A stretch of DNA of 64,000 bases from Moniliella sp. 'wahieum'. Lineage: Eukaryota. Below, in pieces: positions 1-11,540 of this stretch. Below the pieces are notes generated by a model. It worked only from the letters and a program-made list of their open reading frames with translations, was not told the origin of the DNA and did not search any database. The stretch lies in assembly GCA_003971905.1 (NCBI GenBank), contig RSEE01000014.1, positions 310,001 through 374,000 of the forward strand, given 5' to 3'. A program made the position numbers and the translations under genes. The stretch's first letter is position 1. Each line of letters starts with the position of its first letter.

Positions 1-155
1 ATGCGAGGACAAAGGCCTACGGAAAGAAGAAGACAGAGGGAGGTGATGGATCTATTCCAAGAGAGGAGCCCGTTAGGGGCAGAACATAGAGGAGAGTCGG
101 ATAGAACAGCGCGATGCGTGATGCGTGATCAGCTGCATGCATGATGGCGCTGACA
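1..155 (-). repeat. 3' LTR (truncated at window edge)
   Basis: Matches 5275-5424 except for two small indels. Starts TGTCA on the minus strand directly after the purine-rich GTGGTGGGGC (PPT, 156-165). Confidence 0.95.
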
Positions 156-221
156 GCCCCACCACGACTCGACGCTAGGATCCGACGAGATTGGAAGAGT
201 GACAAATCAAGAGCCAGCTGG

Positions 222-3200
222 CTAGGAGGAATCTGAGCCGAAAATGGGCTTGATGCGGGAAGTCTCCTCAGCCCCACCAGGATCCGGCGTGAGCGTGAGG
301 TAGCGACCTACACTGGAGCGTTGAACCGTATACGGTAGGAGCTTGGTAAAATCATTCGCGGGGTTCTCGGTTCCAAGAACCTTGTGCCACAAAATGCGCC
401 CCGAATCGACATGCTCGCGGAACCAATGGTTGCGAATGTCCATATGACGAAGGCGTCCAATGAAACCAGGGCGAGAGATAATTGACAGGGCAACAGCCGA
501 GTCGCTATAGAGATCCACCGGACAGTTGGAAGGTACTAGTTGAAGCTCGACCATGAGGTTACGAATGCGGAGAGCGTCGCGGGCGCCCTCACTAATAGCC
601 ATCATCTCAGCTTCAGCGGTCGACATTGCCGTAGTGGTCTGCTGGGCGCTGCGCCAGTGCACTAGGGCGCCAAAAACAAACACAGCGACCCCTGTTACCG
701 ACTTGCGTGTGACCTTGTCGCCGCCCCAATCGCTATCGGTAAATACGGCAATAGGAGGTGCCGTTCGATTGATCCTGAGACGCAGAGACCAATCCAATGT
801 ACCACGGAGGTAGCGCAGGACATGTTGTGCGGCGCTGCGGTGTGCAGCAGAGGGATCCTTGTTCCAACGACTGAGAAGATGTACGACAAATGACAGGTCG
901 GGCCGGCAGGTCTGCGCGGCCCAGCTGAGGCTCTGCACAATCGACATATAGCGCTTATGCTCGGCGACAGTGGCAGGAGCTTCGTCTGGTGGACGTGGGG
1001 GAGAGGTGTATCAGGATTGATAGGCAAACGAACAGGGTTGCACTCGAGCATGTCGGTGCGGGCGAGTAAAGCTAACAGAAATGCACGCTGGTCGCAGTCA
1101 AAACCATCAGGGCGAGTAACATAGTGCACACCCAGCATCTTACTGAGAGGACCCTTGTCGCCAATCTTGATGTTGAGACCGAGTTCGTCCATGAATGCGT
1201 CAAAAGCAGCTTGGGACGGGGCCATGGCCATTCCGTCATCACAGTATATTGCGAGCATGATGGTCGTATTCGCTCGTTTGCGTATCCAATACTGTTCTGT
1301 TACCGTCGAGCGGAAACCAATATCTCGTAGCTTGCTGGCGAGGTGGCGGTGCCACGCAGCGCCGGAGCTGCAAGGCCATAGAGGGACTTCTTGAGTCGCC
1401 AAACGTTTGCTTTGTCGGTGAGAAAACGATCGGGAGGCTTAACGTATACCTCATAGGGAATGGGTGCATGGAGATATGCACTCTTGCAGTCAAAAAATAA
1501 TGCCTGGAGGCCTTGCGCTTTACCTCCCACGGCTACGGTGCGAAAAGACTGATGTGCTGCGCCACTCGAGAATGTGAGGGCCTTGGGCAACTCACTTGTA
1601 TCCTCCTGGTTTCCTTGAACCACAATACGGGCTTTCCGTTTGAGGAACATATTCTCTGGGGTGACGCCAACACTGTAGACGGTGCGGGCACCCAAGATCT
1701 TCGTTCCGGCCGAGGGCGTGGCACTTCTTCAAAGGCATCCATGGATCTGAGCCCGTCAAGCTCAATGTGTTCGGCCTGGCGCCACTGGGGCCACTCAGAG
1801 GTGGCCATTGCTTCACGCTCGGTCGAGGGGCAAGGGGCACACCGTCAGCAGTGGTGCCGACAGTCGGGGGAGGGATGCGGAAACGGCGTTGCCGGCGGGG
1901 AATGGCTTTCTTTTTCGGGCTTGGTGTAAGGGATGCGGTGGCAGGATCAGGGAAGAAACAGTAATAGTAGGGGGGATTGGGTGGGACAAAGGGGGATGAC
2001 GCGCGGTGCGCGCATGGCCCGTTGGGCTCCAATCGGGATCAAGCTCGGCTGGCGGCTCATCCGTCAAGGGAGGCGCATGCGCATCCTTGGGTTGATAGAA
2101 ATCAGGGGGGCGACGCGCCCGAGCCGGATTGCGACGGGGGGCAGCTTCAGCCCCACCAGGCGTGGAAACTTCAGCCCCACTAGGTGTGGAAACTTCAGCC
2201 CCACCAGATGTGGAAACTTCAGCCCCACCAGGTGTATCCGGACGGTCGCGAAGCCCATCCGGTGGCGTACCCGGCAACGATTGGGCCTGGCGTATCGCCA
2301 GCCCGGGGTTTGTGGGATCCCACATGACGTCGGTGCACCACGCCCTGTACGAGCTGTGGCCGTCTTCTGTGATAAACTCAAATTCGTATCCCTTGGAGCC
2401 GAGCGGATCGAATCCGACTAGCATGCCAGGGGGGCGCGCGGCGCGGCGCGGTGGCCGCGCTCGGGACCTAACAAAGTACACCAGCCGGCCGCACCCAGGG
2501 TGCCCCCAAAATAAGAGCTGCGTGGGAGGGGGCGGTCGTGATAGCGTTCAAATGGTGAGGGGGCGCCCAATGCGGCCGACACACTAACGTTGGCATACAA
2601 AGCTGCGCGACAGCGGCGTCGGCCAGTACTGAGACGGTGCGGGGCGCCGGCGAGGAGGACGCGGGTACGCTCCTGTATAGTGCGAGCGGCGCGCTCGGCG
2701 TGGCCATTCTGCTGGGAGGTGTAGGGGGTGGTGGTGTGTGGATCGGTGCATGACCGGCAGCAGTGAGGAGGTGCGGGACACGGGAAAACTCAGTACCGCC
2801 ATCGGTGTGGAGACGGAAAAGACTGGCGCCGTGGCGGGCGAGGAGGCGGCGCTCCTCGAGGAGAATTAAGTTGGCTAGTGCCATTGCAGCGTCGCTCTTG
2901 CGCACCAGCGGAATGGCCCAGAGATAGCCGGTGCAGTCGTCGACTACGACAAGTAAATTGCGCTCACCCTTCAGCCCCGTCGGCCAATCTGTCACTAGAT
3001 CGGCATGCAAGTGCGCCAGTGGGGCAGCTGCACGTGCCGTGTGGCTCTCAGGGAACGGGCGTCGGGTGCCCCGCCCCGCCGCGCACGCCTGACAAACGCA
3101 GGCCGCGTCGGCCTCGGCTGCATGGGCCTGGGTGGAAGTGATGCGTTGCGCAACTGGCCCCGTGGCCGTGAGGCGGGGAAGCTGGCGCCAACCAACATGA

Positions 3201-5160
3201 CCATGGCGGGCATGAGCAGCCAGTATCCGGGTATAGTCGGCCACGGCGGCACGGGCGTGGGCTTGAATGGGGACGTTGGGGACGTCGCAGTGGTAATCAA
3301 CCACATAGCCATTAGCGATACGGTCGTAGCGAGCAACAATTGCGGGATCGCTATGGATAACAGCGCCTTGGCGGTGTGCAAGGAACTCTACTCGATGACC
3401 AGCGGCATTTGCCTGCGGTACAGAGAGTAAGTCATGGTCTAACTGGGGGACAAGCAAGCAGTACAAGTCAAGGATGCATTCAGTTTGGACTGTGGAAGCC
3501 GGGAGTCGAACCCGCTTCACCCCACAGCCTGTCACCGCAAGCTTCCTGGACGCGCCAGCCAACTCAACCCACCCAGTCGCAGGCTCGAGGAAAATGAAAC
3601 CCTCGGGCGAGCGGACCATGCTCGGCGTCGCGCCGCTGTCAACTACCAGCTTGTGGAGCGCAGACGCAGTGGTGGGTGGTGGCAACCCCTGTGACAGGGC
3701 TGCCGCGAGTTCCTACTGGCGATCAGGAGGCGGAAAGAAACGGGGGCTAGGCCTTGCGCGTTCGCGGTAGGGCTAGTTGGCTGTGGGAATGCCGGAGCTG
3801 GTAAAACCAGAGGTGAGGGGTAGTACGTCGGCATATAGCCGGGCGAGTACATCGGTGGCGGAGGGGTTCCTCCTGCCTGGGCGTAGCGACTAACTGCTGT
3901 GGCCGAATGGGAAGTATTGGAGTTATTCGAGCTGCTCGACATCGGCATGTTCTTCAACTCCGGATGCAGTGACCAGCATTGGGCCTCTGCGTGTCTGCCA
4001 TTGGGGTGAAGACGGCAGGTACCATTGCGCTCTGCGCGCCCTCCTTTGCCCTTGTGCGAGGAAACAGCCTTGGTGACGAGCACTGTGTCCTCGATGTTCA
4101 AGAACTGCAGCGCTTGGCTCCGGGTCTTGCCCTGGAGCTGTTGCTCCTTCACGCGATTCGGCTCAGGGCAGCTATTGGCAAGAACGCTCCAGGCACGAAC
4201 GCTGAGCGGGAGTCCAATCATTTCACCCATACCCACGATCCGCTCGATGCGGGCAAGGAACTTCCGCGCCGTCTCATGCGCCGCAGGCTTAAGTGTGTCC
4301 AGGCGGGAACTGACATCACTCTCAAGTTTGACCTGGGTGGGACGATTGCGCTCGCACATCTTGCGGTACAGGCCTGAGGCCGAACCGCAGGCAACATGAC
4401 TCTGCGTGGTCGAGTCACATTTGGTCAAAAGGACATGCTCGAGCCGCCTGTCGATCAGCTCTTCCTCAGGGGAAGAGGGGCCGTTGACGACTAGGTTCAG
4501 GAACTGGTATGCCGAGAGCTGGTTGCGCGTATCATAGTCATAATCAAGCCAGTGCGTCGTTCCGAGTTCCCAGGAGGGTAAGCTGTTTCCTTTAGCCAGC
4601 GCCCTAATCATCTCCTCCTCCACAGAACGTGTCTGATGAGAAGGGATTTCCAGAGGTGGGAAAGTGTCAACACTGCTGGGGCTGTGGGCAGATGTTCGAA
4701 CTGGGGGAAACCAATTGGGAATCAGCGCCGCGGTACCTTGAATGCGGTACTTGCGGGCAAAGTAAGCAAATTCGTGCATGAATGCGGGGTCGTGAATCGC
4801 ATCTTGTGCCTGTTCCGTAGACCACTCGGGGTGTAAATCTTGAAGATGCAACAGGAACATGAGCTCATGGTGGGTTAGGTTGGTTTTCGGGGAGTGATTT
4901 CCTTCGACAGAGGGGGGGGTGCCATCGTGGGCAATTTGGGCGTCTTCACCGTCCAGACGCTCGGGGGCGGCGGGGGTGGCGTGGGGAACTGCAGGCTCCT
5001 CTTGGGTAGCCTCGACACGAGGAATGGAAACTGCGGGCTCCTCATGGGTAGCTTCGACAGGGAGAATGGCGTCGGCAGACATGCTTTCGGCGCGCGGGTT
5101 ACGCTTCTTCTTGGAAAGGGGTGGAAAAGCAGTATCGGCTCCGGAACGGAGACCAGGCAT
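222..5160 (-). CDS. Copia gag-pol polyprotein, split by frameshifts
   Basis: Gag knuckle CRLHPNGRHAEAQC; protease VVDSGAT; integrase HARHGH..CVCQAC, HLHADL, VVVDD, HTDGGTEF; RT KARIVVQG, FDCKSAYLHA, LKKSLYGL, IYCDD; RNase H FTDSDWGGD..RKSVTG..STAEAE. Confidence 0.93.
2145..2236 (-). repeat. 24-bp tandem repeat (~4 copies) in the integrase-RT linker, encoding (TPGGAEVS)n
   Basis: Unit CTTCAGCCCCACYAGRYGTGGAAA starts at 2145, 2169, 2193 and 2217 (last copy partial). Confidence 0.95.
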
Positions 5161-5259
5161 TCAGCCGTGTGGGGTGGGGGTAGGTGGGAAAAAAATATAA
5201 GTAGGGCTCAGGCGGGCAGACGAGAGAGGTGTAGTCTCCGCCTACTCAGAGGATAGTGT

Positions 5260-5269
5260 GGGCTCAACC
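5260..5269 (-). other. Putative primer-binding site (half-tRNAiMet type)
   Basis: GGTTGAGCCC directly follows the CA end of the 5' LTR. It resembles the GGTTATGAGCCC PBS of hemivirus-type copia elements, lacking AT. Confidence 0.55.
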
Positions 5270-5424
5270 TGTTAATGCGAGGACAAAGGCCTACGGAAAG
5301 AAGAAGACAGAGGGAGGTGATGGATCTATTCCAAGAGAGGAGCCCGTTAGGGGCAGAACATAGAGGAGAGTCGGATAGAACAGCGCGGCGTGATGCGTGA
5401 TCAGCTGCATGCATGGCGCTGACA
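5270..5424 (-). repeat. 5' LTR (155 bp)
   Basis: Reads TGTTAATGCGAGG...GGCGCTGACA on the plus strand; direct repeat of 1-155. Confidence 0.95.
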
Positions 5425-6278
5425 ACAAGCCGGAGCAGCGCAAGTCATTAACTACACTACACTAATGTTAATGAAGACCCACGCACTGATGTTTGTATGT
5501 AGGCCGGGACGTCTCGGAGGAAACGAGTGGGGGGGTCATTCCGATCACACGTTGAACATGATACTAGTAAAAAGAAGTATTCCCGAGAGCAAGAACGAGG
5601 TAAAAAAGGTGTTGGCTGTTGGTTGGCAGGGCGTGTATGCGTGAAGACTCATGTTTTTACGTTTGCCGCAACTGCGTGAAGCGCTGTGCGATCGGCGGAA
5701 TGCGGCGTCGGGAACTCCGTATATACCCGCCGGCGAGCCTTTGGCCACAACCCTGCCACAACCCCCTGCCTGGCTGGATACGCCACACACTTGATGAGTG
5801 CCACGTGACGTGTGACGGAAGCGCTCTGTCACATGTCACATGTCACATGTCATCGATGTCATCGTAGTAGAGCGAAAAGCGAGAGGCTAATCTTATCTAG
5901 CCGCCTCGTTCCGCCCTTGAAGCTTCACTTGAAGCTTGAGAGCTTGTTGAGGCTGCTTCAAGAGTGAAAGATTTGTTTTTCCTGCTGTCTGCTGCTACGC
6001 TACCCCTGGCTCCACGCGGCTGCTGTTCCGGGCTTGGCGCTTATCGATTATCGGACACAGATGGTGCCACCTCGCGCCGAAGGCTGCCTCCACAAGCGCC
6101 GCTCATCTCCGACGCCCCTTCTCATCCCCCTCCCCCCACTCTCATTCCCATCCCACCACCCAGGCCCTGCCATCGTCATCCCCACCACCCCTCCCGTTTT
6201 CATCCGGCATCGCCATCTCCTCGCCTCACCTTTGCTCTCCGCCGCCCGCTCTCCTCCCCCATTCAGTCCTCAGTCCTC

Positions 6279-7034
6279 ATGTCGGCCCCTGCGCTCCCGC
6301 CTAACGCCACTCGCCTGGCCCCCACCCAGCAACTGAGTGAGTCCGCAGCCCGCAGTCCGCAGTCCTCCTGCTTCCTCTCCCTATCCTTCTTTTAGCCTCA
6401 GGTGTGAGTCCCAGTAGGCTGACCCGTTTCTGCAGAGGCACTGCTCTCGATCATCCGCGACAAGGACACGCCTCGCGCCGATTTCATCTTCTACTCGGAC
6501 CGTGTGATTCGGCTGATCGTCGAAGAGGGCCTCAACCATCTGCCCACCCATGCTCAGACGGTCACCACCCCGACCGGGAGCAAGTACGAGGGTCTGACGT
6601 TTGAGGGTCACATCTGTGGTGTTTCCATCCTACGTGCTGGGGAGGCGATGGAAGCCGGTCTGAGGGAATGTTGTCGCTCGGTGCGGATCGGCAAGATTTT
6701 GATCCAGCGGGACGAAGCAACGGCCCAACCGAAACTGTTCTATGCCAAGTTGCCCACCGACGTGGCAAATCGATGGGTTTTGTTGCTGGATCCGATGCTC
6801 GCTACGGGCGGGAGCGCCATGCAGGCGATGCAAGTTCTCCTTGACCATGGGGTGCGGCCGGACCGCATCCTGTTCCTCAACGTACTGGCTTCCCCCGAAG
6901 GATTGAAGGCCGTGTATGCGCGCTTTCCCCAGGTCAAGGTTATCACGGGCTGGGTCGACGAGAGCCTGGATGAAAAAAGCTACATCCGGCCTGGATTGGG
7001 CGACTTTGGCGACCGCTACTACTCCTCGCCTTGA
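6279..7034 (+). CDS. FUR1: Uracil phosphoribosyltransferase (intron 6337-6435)
   Basis: Spliced N-terminus MSAPALPPNA..KALLSIIRDKDT..DFIFYSDRVIRL. Motifs GVSILRAGEAME, IGKILIQRDE, LLDPMLATGGS, PGLGDFGDRY. Intron GTGAGT..GCTGAC..CAG. Confidence 0.96.
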
Positions 7035-7593
7035 TCACGTTGGTAGGACATGTGCCGGGGCAGCATAAATGCAATGCATCACATCAATGCCTATAAGATA
7101 TGTTTATCGATGGAAAGGGACAAATTTCTTTGTCTGGAAGCTGAAGGCATTACAGGCACAGTCCACTGAGCTTGGCGTTCCCCCGTTTCAGTCTTCAAGC
7201 TTCATCCCCCGCTATAATCAGGGCGTTACGTTGGCACGCAGGCCTGCCCAGGCCGAGAACAAATCCAGCTGAATTGGAAAAAGCTGACGCAGAGCATTGG
7301 TGGCCTATTCGTATACGTCAAGGTCAGGACGCGTTAGCCCACAATTCCGTCAGAGGCGGTTGCCATATGTCTAATCGTATCCACCCAAATCCGCACATTT
7401 GCGACGTGAGGCCTGAGGGTTCCGACTTAGGATCAAAACATGGGCCTCACAGTCAGTCCCTGACACCTACGGTACAGACGCGCGCTTCCTGAATTCGATT
7501 GGTTCTTCAACGCATTTTTTCCCGCCACGTGCAGTGGAGTAACAGGAATAACACCATTTGAGTTGAGCAGGATTGTGGTTTGGGGCTGAAAGG

Positions 7594-8487
7594 TCAGCCG
7601 AGCAGGGGGAGCGTGCGCAGACGTTCCGAGAATTGCACCATGTCCCAAGGCAAGAACTCAGAGATGGTCAAGCCAACCAGATCATATTTGTCAGCCACTG
7701 CATTGAGCAGTTCCGACACACGCTCAAACCGGAGAACACCACGGGCCACACTTGGGTGTGCGGGAACGTAGGGGTTGGCATACCAAAGGTGGGGGAAGAA
7801 GACAGGGTCCAAGCAGTCCAGATCAAAGTGTACCACCACTTTTTTCTTCCCGGCCTTGGCCAGCCAAGTGAGAACGGGTTGGATCGAGTCGGCTAGTTCG
7901 GCGGGTCGCACGACCCCAAGACCCTTTTCGGCAAGATAGTGTGTTTCGTACGCAGTCATAGGATCGTTCAGCCCGACGTACAGAACGTCTTGGGGCTTGT
8001 ACGGGTTCTTCACCTTGGTCTCGGGCGTGGTGCTACCCTCTCCCAGGAGGTAGCGCATGACATGAGCATGAGCATGATCATACACCTCTGGCGAAAGGAT
8101 GTCCGGGTGGGTGTCAACCCAGAGAATTGCTACGTCATCCGGGTACCGTTCTTGCAAATACGAAAACGGAACGAGGCTCACGAAGCAATCCCCGCCCAGC
8201 GTGACAATCGCTTCGGGCTCGTGCCGGCGAATTGCACCCCAAGCGCTCTCGACAGACTGCGCAAGAGCAGAGAAGCTCTTAAGCCCGTGCACGGTCTCAG
8301 ACGCCTCCGGTTCAGCACCAGGTTCGACGCCCTCGGGCGGTGCGGGGACATAGACTTGCTCAACCGGCCCCTTGGCACGGGGAGCGACAGCATCCAGCAC
8401 TCGGCCCCCAATATGATATGCGGGCATCTGGCCTCCCTGCCATAGAGGGAAGTTGAGACGAAGGGTCTTGCTGGGGTTAACAGGCAT
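7594..8487 (-). CDS. Arginase/ureohydrolase-family protein, bacterial-type, intronless
   Basis: Intact ORF from MPVNPSKTLRLNFPLWQGG with GGDCFVS, WVDTHPD, HFDLDCLDP and GLTISEFLP ureohydrolase motifs. Confidence 0.9.
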   Translation of the reverse strand: MPVNPSKTLRLNFPLWQGGQMPAYHIGGRVLDAVAPRAKGPVEQVYVPAPPEGVEPGAEPEASETVHGLKSFSALAQSVESAWGAIRRHEPEAIVTLGGDCFVSLVPFSYLQERYPDDVAILWVDTHPDILSPEVYDHAHAHVMRYLLGEGSTTPETKVKNPYKPQDVLYVGLNDPMTAYETHYLAEKGLGVVRPAELADSIQPVLTWLAKAGKKKVVVHFDLDCLDPVFFPHLWYANPYVPAHPSVARGVLRFERVSELLNAVADKYDLVGLTISEFLPWDMVQFSERLRTLPLLG

Positions 8488-9429
8488 TGCTCGGCGCGAA
8501 CGCGGGGCGTAATTTCGAGATTCTTGGAGTGGTGGGGGTTTGAGATGGAACAAAGCCCTGTTGATGCTCCACAGGGATGGTAAGACGGTTATATAGGCCA
8601 GGGCTCTTTCGAAACGATGGGATGGACTTGTCGGAAGAAGGCAGAAACGAGAGTTGCTGTGAGGGCGAAGAGAGCGACCGAATCGATTCAAACTTGAACC
8701 CGTATTACCCACGTTCACTGCGCCCTCGGCACCTTAACAGCCAGTGCCCCGCAAACTCGGCCCCTCAGCGCAAGACCGGCGGTAGTGGCCTTTAGCGGCG
8801 ATACAGCGGATATAACGGTTTTTAGTTGTCGGAAATAAAGGTCAAGTCCGTCGACGTCCTACTGAATCAGGCTCTGCTTCGCATCATATGAGATGCGAAT
8901 GATACATGCTGATGCATGAATGCATGAACCTCCACCACCGAGATGTACAACGAAGTGTCCATGGCGCGGATGTCACACATCTCAGTACTCTGTAGTGTAT
9001 ATCGTCCATGGAGCCGGACACACTGCTCTACACGCCCGGAACACGCCCGGTTCCGACCCTTTCGTCTTGCGTGGGATTCGGGACGCTCCGAAACGTGGGT
9101 GTGACTTCTATGTTGCATCCATATCATTGACAGAGCTTAAGGCTGGAGGGACAGAGGGAGACACAGCTCTGCCACTGACGATATGGATGCAGTATAGCCA
9201 GAGATATCAAAAGCGTATCATATATTGCACCAGTGGAGAAACGCATATGGAAAGGATAGATCAGTTTGAATGTGTGTTGAACGAGATCGGTTGGTTACAC
9301 ACGGAGGATGGAAGAGCATACAAAGCATGAACGATAAAAAGAGAAAGACGAAGAGAGTGCTTTGATAAAAGTTTGATGGAGGAGAGGAAGACTTTCTCCC
9401 AAGCCAGTCTGTGGTGAATGCATTGAAGG

Positions 9430-11540
9430 TCAGATGGTAAACTGACGACTCATCATGCCCTCGATAAAGTGGGAGCAGGCGAGTTGGGGCGTTTGACCGT
9501 GCTTGCCAACGAGCTGTTCACGAAGTCGGGTGAGCAGATGGTAGAATGTCGGGGAAGGGTTCTCTTCCAGCGCTTGAATCAAGCAATGGGTAAGTGCGCC
9601 GAAAACAGCGACACCCTGCGAGGGACGATGATCCTTAGCCTTCTGCCCATCTTTGCTTGCGGATAGCACGGTCTGGAATAATAGGCGGCATGGCAACATG
9701 GCAAAACGTACCGTATTGCTCACTGGTCAGCCCAAACAGGATCAAATGGGACGGGTTCCGGGAAGGAGGGTGTGCACGTACCACCATGGCCTTGGGGCAA
9801 CGGTTGCGGATAAGGAGGGCACGAGATTGTTGCATGCTAGCTTGTGGAATGATCCTCCACATGTCGCGTGCAACCCCCTCGGCATCCTTTTTCTCATACG
9901 CCCTCAGTACCTGGGCCAACTGTTCGTTGCCGAACGAAGCGAACAACTTTGGTTCCTTGAGATTGCCCACACTATTGTACACGCACGGCAAGGCCAGCAT
10001 GTTGCCCGAATGGCAACAGTCAAACACGGTGACCAACTTGCACTTCGCTGGTAAGGGCGCCACGAGACGTTGATACAGGTCCTCATCTGAGATTTGTCCG
10101 TCCGTCGCATAATCCACAGGCAAAATGCTTGGGTGTTGCATCTTCATCCCTTTCTTGAGATTGATGGAAGTATGGCTTCCATGACCACAGTAGTAGAAGA
10201 AGAAGGTATCGCCCGGCTGAGCGTCCCGTACGAGCCAGTCCATGGCAGCTTCTATGTTTGCGCGCGTGGGCTGAACATCCAGACTTAAACTTGGGTCGTC
10301 CTTGAGCACCACAACACTATCACGGCTGTACCGTTGCGACTTGGGCGATTGATACACGACCCATTGCATGATCCGTTCCAAGTCGTTCCATGGCCCTTTT
10401 AGCTCCCGGTTCGGATGCCCCACATAATTGATTCCCACCAGCAAGGCTCGCTTTCGGGTATGACGAGGGGTGGAATCCACAAATACCGGTTGCGGATGGA
10501 CACTTGATGAGAGTGCACGTTTCGGTAGAGTAGTCCCGTGCTTCTGCGCCTGTTGCATCAGCGGCTTGAACTGCCCATGAGACTGTGGCGGTTGGCGCTT
10601 CGGAAGTGTTGCTTGGGCCTGGATCGTGGCCGGTTCTTGATTTGCGAGTGTGGGATTGTATGTTTGGGGCTGGAGTTGTTGAACTTGGAGAAGGGGGGGC
10701 CGGGGCTGGGTCCATGGCTGATGAAACTGGCCCTGAACCTTGGGTTTACCAACTTGGACCTGAGATTGAAGCTGGGCTTGGTTGGAAACCGGTGCGTTGG
10801 CAGATGCTGTAAAGCGGACGGGTTGGGAGGGGCGAGTGGGAATCTCACCCGTACTGTGGAAAGCGGAGAGATGAGTCAGCAAACCGTCTCATATATACAC
10901 TACCATGAGTGGGAGGTAGGAAGTGGTACGAACTGTGGATAAACCGGCGAAACAGGATAATATGCTGCGTGACGTTGCCCAGCGGGAGCCCGACGGGGAA
11001 TGTCAGCAGGGGCACGGGCATAAGCCTGATGGGGATGGGGATGAACAGGGTAGTGATGTGTGGCATAGTCGATCGTTTGAGTCTGTGGACGAATACCAGT
11101 CACACCTCCGGCGACCAGCGGCAGAACGGCGGATGCACCTGGTGCTGCCATCGAAGCACCATTAGAAGTAGAGGGCTCAGTGAAATCGTGGGTGTGCAAG
11201 GGGGGGAAGGAGGGTAAGAGCCCGGCATGACACAAGATCCAGCGTCATAATACGTGTTTTGCTGGGGCGCATACGCAGGGGGCGCAGGGGTGGGGTTATA
11301 TGAGTCAGACGCGGAAGTTCGGACCGTAGAATAAGCAGGAGGAACTTGTTGTGTGGAGCGTGAAATTGGGTAACACGTATTGGTAATGTTGTTGTGGACG
11401 TAAGAGTCTGAATGGTACGAGCATGACTTGAGCGTCGAGTCAACTCGCATGGGCAACCGGTCAGGATGCTCACCGCCATGATAATTGTTGTGTGCCTGCT
11501 TTGCGACCACTGGGAGGCTTGAACCCCGAGCATGGGACAT
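9430..11540 (-). CDS. MCA1: Type I metacaspase (peptidase C14) with a long P/Q-rich prodomain; start uncertain
   Basis: KRALLVGINY, ELKGPWND, catalytic YCGHG and DCCHSG, C-terminal GALT..QTPQLACS. Probable introns near 10860-10925 and 9665-9780. Confidence 0.88.

Larger units (their letters stand above)
1..5424 (-). mobile_element. Ty1/copia LTR retrotransposon, near full length (3' LTR cut by ~5 bp at the window start)
   Basis: Direct repeats at 1-155 and 5270-5424 with TG...CA ends. Minus-strand domain order is gag, protease, integrase, RT, RNase H, which is the copia order. Confidence 0.97.

Noticed and set aside
2145..2236. CRISPR-like array
   Set aside because: The units are contiguous with no unique spacers, the context is eukaryotic, and there are no cas genes. 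The same applies to 43317-43402.
3643..3730. Programmed frameshift or TAG readthrough at the gag-pol junction
   Set aside because: One missing base in a nearby GGGG or CCC run restores the frame, matching the window-wide error type. No clear slippery heptamer is present.
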